Assembly (NCBI RefSeq): GCF_006345805.1
Contig: NW_021836302.1
Coordinates: 3,743-67,742, forward strand
Source of the DNA: Octopus sinensis
Taxonomy: Eukaryota
Direction of reading: 5' to 3'
Length of the DNA: 64,000 nt
Numbering within the stretch: position 1 is the stretch's first letter; every line of letters begins with the position of its first letter. Under the pieces are notes generated by a model, which saw only the letters and a list, made by a program, of their open reading frames with translations, searched no databases and was not told the origin of the DNA. Shown one piece after another: positions 57,615 through 64,000 of this stretch. The position numbers were made by a program, and so were the translations under genes.

Positions 57615-59411
57615 CTGTTTACATCTCGCTCAGAGATTTATTATTATATATATGTATGTAAGTGTGTGTTTGTGTGTGTGTGCGTGTGTGTGTTTAAAGG
57701 GTAGTCGTTGTTATGTGTATCTATAATATTCTGGGTTCGACTATTATTAGAAAAGAAAGAATTGAATGTGCATGTAGACCAAAATATTATATTGTAATGT
57801 AACTATTGAAAACTCCAATGCTCTACAATGCCCAAAAGCAAAAACAAAACAAAAACGAAAAGCAAAACAAAGAAAAGAACACTCCTATCAGCTTCGTAAT
57901 GAATCCCGTTTTCTCATTTCCTCTCCTTCGTCACCAGATGAGTTTTCACTTTATTTTCTTTCTAGTTCATTTCTTATGGTTTACATTACTTCGGGGTAAA
58001 AACTTCCGATGTTTGAAGCTAGAGAACAGCTCTGTTGCCTCTTAATATTTCACCACCATCTTCTAATTGAAAGATTTTTCTGTCATTTGTTTCGATGAGA
58101 AATCATTCCAATTAGCTGCTTTGAAATAATGTAAAAAGATATAAGAAAACATGAAAAAATATCAAAAATGGTAAAATCTTGTTTTGGGTATTAACTAGAA
58201 TTCTAATTAAATCTTTGGGCTTCCGCAGGCAAATCCTTTTCATAGCTTGCTGAATCATTCGCTGCATATATTTTTAGAAATTAATTTATTTGTTGCAAAG
58301 AAGAATATAGAGCTGAAACTCGAATTTATTTCATAATGTTTTTGAAATTATATTTGTTATCACCTTGTACATGTGAATATATACATATGCGATATATCAT
58401 ATATATCTATACATGTGTGTGCGCGCCCGAGCATATCTGTGTTTGTGTGTATATACGTATGCATATGGTGCAACTTAAATTTGAATTGCGTAACAAATAA
58501 CCAGTATTTATAATTCCAGATGTATCTCCGTATATCTGAAAGGAAACCGTGCGATGGATTCGTATTATATTCTTGATATAATTTGGTTGCATTCTATAGC
58601 TGGATATGTCACAGAGCTTTAAAAACCAAAACGGGTGAGTTTTATCATCGTACGTCCGTTTCATTCGCAAAGTTAGATTATCAGTTATATAAATTATATA
58701 ACACATTGTAAAATCTTCAGAGATGCGTAACTCCTATTCGTAATACAAACTATATAATCCAGTGGTGTTAGCAAGTCTTCAGAGGTGCATATCTTTCGTC
58801 CATAATTTTACGTTTAAAAAATAGGATTAGTGATAATGTTACGATCACTGGCTCACTAAGGACTGCCATTAAGTAGGTGAAGAATTTAGTTTATATATTT
58901 GGCATTTGGTGGCGGAAAACCTTATCGGAGACAAAAAAAGGGAAAATTAGAAAGGAAGATTTTGCGTTGCCAAACGACTCTGATGTTTCTAACTAAAGTT
59001 TTAACACTTATATTCACTAGGACAATAAGGCGATTGAAATTAGGATATTTAACGTAACTATGTACATTGTCGTAGGCTTAATGTTATTTCTTAATTAAGT
59101 GCCTCCTATGATGTTCCAATCTATGCTAAATCTACAGTAGATATAGTTTACAGATATAATATTAAAAATTCTTAGAACGATGCCGAAGAAAGCTCTACAT
59201 TACGACAGATGAAAGACTGAGTCTATAGCAACCTAGATAAGACCACTTTTCTGAATATAATGGTGTATAATAATGATAATTCAACATCTTGGAAATTCAA
59301 GACGCTCTTGCTTTCTATTTTATAACATTTGAATTTTATATAAATTAGCTCTATGCTTTACCTCCCGAATACGGATACCGCCTTATTTTTGATATCAATA
59401 CGATTGTATTC

Positions 59412-59479
<68 letters not shown>

Positions 59480-59551
59480 GTCTATCTATCTATCTATATC
59501 TATCTATCTATCTGTCTGTCAGTCTATCTGTCTGTCTGTGTGCCTGCCTGC

Positions 59552-59621
<70 letters not shown>

Positions 59622-60046
59622 GTATCTATCTAGAAACACACATACATATGCGTATGTATGTGCGTTTGTATTTATGGTGAAGATACGTGACTTAGGGGTT
59701 GGGACGTTCAACTTACGATCGTAATGTTGTGCACTCGTTTCTTGGTCCAGGCAGAAGGTTTGGCACTTCATTTCTCTTTGTTCCAGTGTACTCAGCTGAA
59801 AAGATATATCATCTACTGCTAGTGCAGCTCTTTATTTCTGTAGTTGTTACACCTACAATGCTCTACCATGTCAAAGCTAGAAATCCCGCGTATGTATCGA
59901 TGCTTACGACTAGATTGAGATATAGAACAATCAGTGGAACTATGGGAATTAGTTAATACAGTTCTATATTTAAGAGATGAGGAATTATGTACATTATTTA
60001 CATTATTTACAATTGACGGATATTTGTCCTCAACTTGTTTGTTGTT

Positions 60047-60092
60047 AACACAACGTTTCGGCTTATATACCCTCCGGCCTTCATTAGGTGTC
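60047..60092 (-). ncRNA. Minimal hammerhead (G5A-damaged) in element ~59950-60138
   Basis: gacac CTAATGA aggccggagggtatataagcc GAAACGTT gtgtt. Confidence 0.7.
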
Positions 60093-60267
60093 TTGGGGAA
60101 ATTTCGAACCTGGGTTCTCATTCCTAAGGTATTTTTCGTTCTTCTTCTTCTTCTTCTTCTTCTTCTTCTTCTTCTTCTCTTCTTCTTCTTCTTCTTCTTC
60201 TTCTTCTTCTCTTCTTCTTCTTCTTCTTCTTCTTCTTCTTCTTCTTCTTCTTCTTCTTCTTCTTCTT

Positions 60268-60818
60268 GCCTTTGCACAGTTTCCAACGCTGGAGATGTAC
60301 TACAGTGTCAGCTGTTCACTACTAGTGAACTAAGGTAACACCTCTTATTTTTCGAGCACCTTCCGGAGTATTCGAGCGGTTCCAAGCAGTGCTGTTTTTT
60401 TGCAAGTGCTCCACCCTAATTGCAGCCCCTATTTCTTCCAAGTACTTCTCGAGATTTTTGCTCACTGTTCCCAGGGTTTCGACAATTATTATTTTTCATC
60501 TACCACAACTGCTTAACCTCCCAAGCTAACCTGTCATATCTCTCGACTTTTCTTTCTTCTTTATCGCATGCCTTAATGTCAGCTGAGCATGCTATATCTA
60601 TGATCTAGTATAGTTTGTTTTCTTTCTCAATTAAAACTATGTCCGGCTTCCTGTTCTCTATCTCATGGGTGCACTGAATCATAAAATCCCATAGAATCTG
60701 CATTTTTCTTTTCGACGATACCTTCAGGTTTGTGGTCGTATCAATTTTTTGCTCTGTTAAGTCAATACTTCTTGAAAAGTGTCCAATGGACAAGCCTGGC
60801 TATATTGTCGTGGCGTCT
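60268..60818 (-). mobile_element. R4/Dong-like LINE 3' fragment between (TTC)n and (ATT)n
   Basis: ILWDFMIQCTHEIENRKPDIVLIEKENK RLE motif. Confidence 0.85.
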
Positions 60819-60819
60819 C

Positions 60820-60858
<39 letters not shown>

Positions 60859-60908
60859 GATTATTATTATTATTATTATCATTATTATTATTATCATCAT
60901 CATCATCA

Positions 60909-60972
<64 letters not shown>

Positions 60973-60975
<3 letters not shown>

Positions 60976-63900
60976 TAGTTTTATTTTTTATAGCGTGCTT
61001 TCACTTCACTACCGAGCGCAGCTCTGTGTGCCTTGGGTATGTGCTGTGATTTGTTGTGATGCTCTGATGGTTATTGTATGGAAAGTGTTCTGCGTAGGAT
61101 GTGTGCAGTGCCTAGTAGTGCAATTTTCTGTATGTTATATGTATTTGTAAGTCCTGGTGGTTTTGATATGTATTTGTCTGAATATTTTTTTATCATGCCT
61201 AATGCACCTACTATGATAGGAATTGTTTCAGTTTTTAGATTCCACATTCTGGTTACCTCCATATCCAGGTCTTTGTATTTTGAAAGTTTCTCCATTTCTT
61301 TTAGAGACACGTTATCATCTGCCGGTATTGATACATCAATTAGAAAGCATTTTTTTTCTTCATGATCTCTGACAACTATATCTGGTATGTTGGCCTTAAT
61401 TTCTCTATCTGTGTGTATCGCCATATCCCAGAGTATGGTTGCTTTCTCGTTTTCTGTGACCTTTTCTGGTGTGTGCCTATACAATCTTTTTTCTGTTGTT
61501 ATTCCATAATGTTGGCATAGCTTCCAGTGTATGTAGGTTCCAATTCTGTCATGTCTGTGAATATATTCCTTCTTAGCCAGGACTGGGCAGCCAGAGATAA
61601 TATGATTTATTGTTTCTTGTCCATCTCCACATATTCTGCAGTTACTTGTTATATTTCTTTTCATTACATGTTTTTGGTAATTTCTGGTGGGGAGGCTTTG
61701 GTCTTGTGCTGCAATTAAAAATCCTTCTGTCTCTGCTTTGAGTCCTGAGTTCTCAACCATTGCTGGGATTTTTCTTTGTCTATTTCTTTTGCATTTAGTT
61801 TAGTCCAGTATTTACCGTGAAGGGGTTTTTCTTGCTATCGTTTTATCATGGTTCTTTGCTGTTCTAGTTTTAGTTTGGATTTCATTTGTTTTATAGCTTT
61901 TGTTGTTTCTTCTTCTTCTTCTTCTTCTTCTTCTCTTCTTCTTCTTCTTCTTCTTCTTCTTCTTCTTCTTCTTCTTCTTCTTCTTCTCTCTTCTTCTTCT
62001 TCTTCTTCTTCTTTATATTTGTTAGGTGGTATGATTCTTGTTTTTTATGGTCAGCTTCCTTAAATACTGAGAACAGTTTTTTGTTTTGCTCGTGTTTTGC
62101 CGCTATTTGTATCAGTTTTCCTTCCTTCTGAAGTAGATATTTTTGAAGTCCTATGGTGGTTATTTTATAGTAGTTTTCCAGCTGTATAAGGCCTCTACCA
62201 CCTTATATACGTTGTATATATAGTCTTTCTATGTCAGATTTTGGGTGATGCATCCTAGACCCTGTCATTATTTTTCTTGTTTTCCTATCCATTTTGGTCA
62301 GTTCATTTAGTGTCCAGTTAAGGATATTGTAGCTGTAACTTATAACTGGGACAGCTAAAGTGTTAATACCTATTATCTTGTTTTTAGCATTGAGCTCTGT
62401 TTTTAGTATTGATCTAACTCGTCTATAATATCTTTTTTTTTTATTTCTCTTCATTTGTGTGTGTTGTGTCTTATCTAGTTCATGGATTCCTAAGTATTTG
62501 TAAGTTGGGCTTTGGTCTAATTCTTCTATTTCATTGGTTTTATCTAGTGTGATGTTGCTACTCTTAACTAGTTTTCCTCTTTTCATGGTTACTTTGGCGC
62601 ATTTTTCTAATCCAAATTTCATATCTATTTCTTTGGTAAATCCATGAACTGTCTTAATAGTGTTTCCAGCTGTTTGTCATTTGCAGCGTATAGTTTTAGG
62701 TCATCCATATTAAAAGGTGGCTGATCGTTTTGCCGTTAACATTTATCCGCATCCAGTTCTATTTAGCATATCAGATAGAGGTGACAGTGCCAAGTAGAAA
62801 AGAGTGGAGAGAGCGTGTCTCCCTGGAATATTCCTCTTCTAATGGGGATGTGGCTTTGGTTTTCATGAGTCCCTTTTTTGTTTGGAGCTGTAGCACTGTT
62901 TTGCCATTATTCATAGAGTGCCCAATGAATTTTATAATTGTTGGTGCTACTTTGTTAATGACTAGTGTTTCGAGATCCATGTGTGGGGGATGCTATCAAA
63001 CGCCTTTTGTAGTCGATCCAGGCCATACTGAGGCCTTTCTTTTTTCTGTGGCTGTCTTCAGTTATGGCTTTTTGATCATTAGTTGATCTTTACAGCGTAT
63101 GAGCCTTTGCGGCATCCTTTCTGCTCTTCTGGAAACAGGATGTTTTCGTCTAGGTGCTTGTTCAACCTTGTGATATCACTGCAGTAAATGCCTTGTACCT
63201 CGTAGGGAGACAGGTTATTGGTCTGTAGTTTTCTGGTTTGCTGTCTCATTTGATTTGGGAATTAAGATGGTTTTCCCCTTCGTGAGCCATTCAGGCATTG
63301 TCTCTGGCTCTGCTAGTATGGTTGTTAAAATTTTCAGCCAGCTTTTTGTGCATTCCTATAGATATTTCAACCAGAAGTTGGGATCTGTCATGTCCAGGTG
63401 CCTTCCAGTTGCTTAGTCTTTCAGTGCCTGGGTGACCTCTTCAGTTGTTATGGGGGTCCAAGTTGCTCAGATGCTGAGTTTGTTATTTTAATACTCCTTG
63501 TTTTTGGTTGTTCGTTCGCCGACCATATTTCTCTCCAGAATTCTTCCACTTCTTCTGCGTTGGTGCTGCAGTGATTTCTATTTTATTTTTGCCAAGTTCT
63601 TGGTAGAACTTTTTGGGTTGGAGTTGAACTTTTTGTTTTGTTTCAAAGAAGCGCTGGCGTTTCTCGTACCGGTGGATCCTTTGTGCTTGGCAAGGATATC
63701 TTGCTCAGCTTTTCTTTTATTCAGGTAAATCTTTTTGTGTGATGTTGTATTTGCGGAGTATTTTTGTTTTATTTTTGTTGCTCAGTAGCGTTGATTGTCT
63801 ACTGATTTCATTAAGAATCAACAGATCTTTTCTTATTTTTTGTATTTTGTTTGGATGTTATTTATCCACAGGGTTTGTTTGGGTGGTGGTACTCCTGTTT

Positions 63901-64000
63901 GACGGGTTTGAGTGAGTATCCAGCTTCTTTGTGGCTGCAGTGGCTGCTGCTTATACTAAGTTATTTAGCTCAGTGATATCGCTTTTTGTTTCAGTGGCTA
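60973..64000 (-). mobile_element. R4/Dong-like LINE (RT + CCHC + RLE), frameshifted, continues past window end
   Basis: CRICGDGQETINHIISGC, RHD, PDIVV..FLIDVSIP, MKFGLEKC, MDDLK; (AAT)n 3' tail; (GAA)n expansion at 61906-62011. Confidence 0.95.

Larger units (their letters stand above)
54807..57645 (-). mobile_element. Retrozyme-like HHR element (356-nt unit with partial direct and inverted repeats) carrying two nested insertions
   Basis: Direct repeats 54808-54901 / 57006-57099; inverted arms 56960-57070 / 57096-57645; short (TA)n at both ends. Confidence 0.82.

Noticed and set aside
58648-58690. CTGATAA..GAAACGGACGTA on the minus strand
   Set aside because: Mutated core and no stems I or II

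Overview
Non-genic, AT-rich animal DNA with no convincing host exon. The tRNA-derived SINE families and dense (TA)n/(ATT)n/(TATC)n/(TACA)n microsatellites point to an octopus (coleoid cephalopod); this is an inference. Almost all ORFs in the track are microsatellite artefacts. Real coding remnants are R4/Dong-type (RLE) LINEs, CR1/L2-type LINE 3' ends, Tc1/mariner/maT transposases, a decayed Penelope-like RT and an ORF1-only L1/Tx1-like element. The main unexplained structure is about 20 type I hammerhead-ribozyme (HHR) motifs from several unrelated families, most with a palindromic stem III. They sit in short non-coding elements inserted in (TA)n tracts, and many of these fold back as 100-350 bp inverted repeats with a unique terminal tail. 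One is a 356-nt retrozyme-like tandem unit into which the ORF1-only element has inserted at the ribozyme's stem I (17-bp TSD). All motifs were read by eye; no folding or database search was run.
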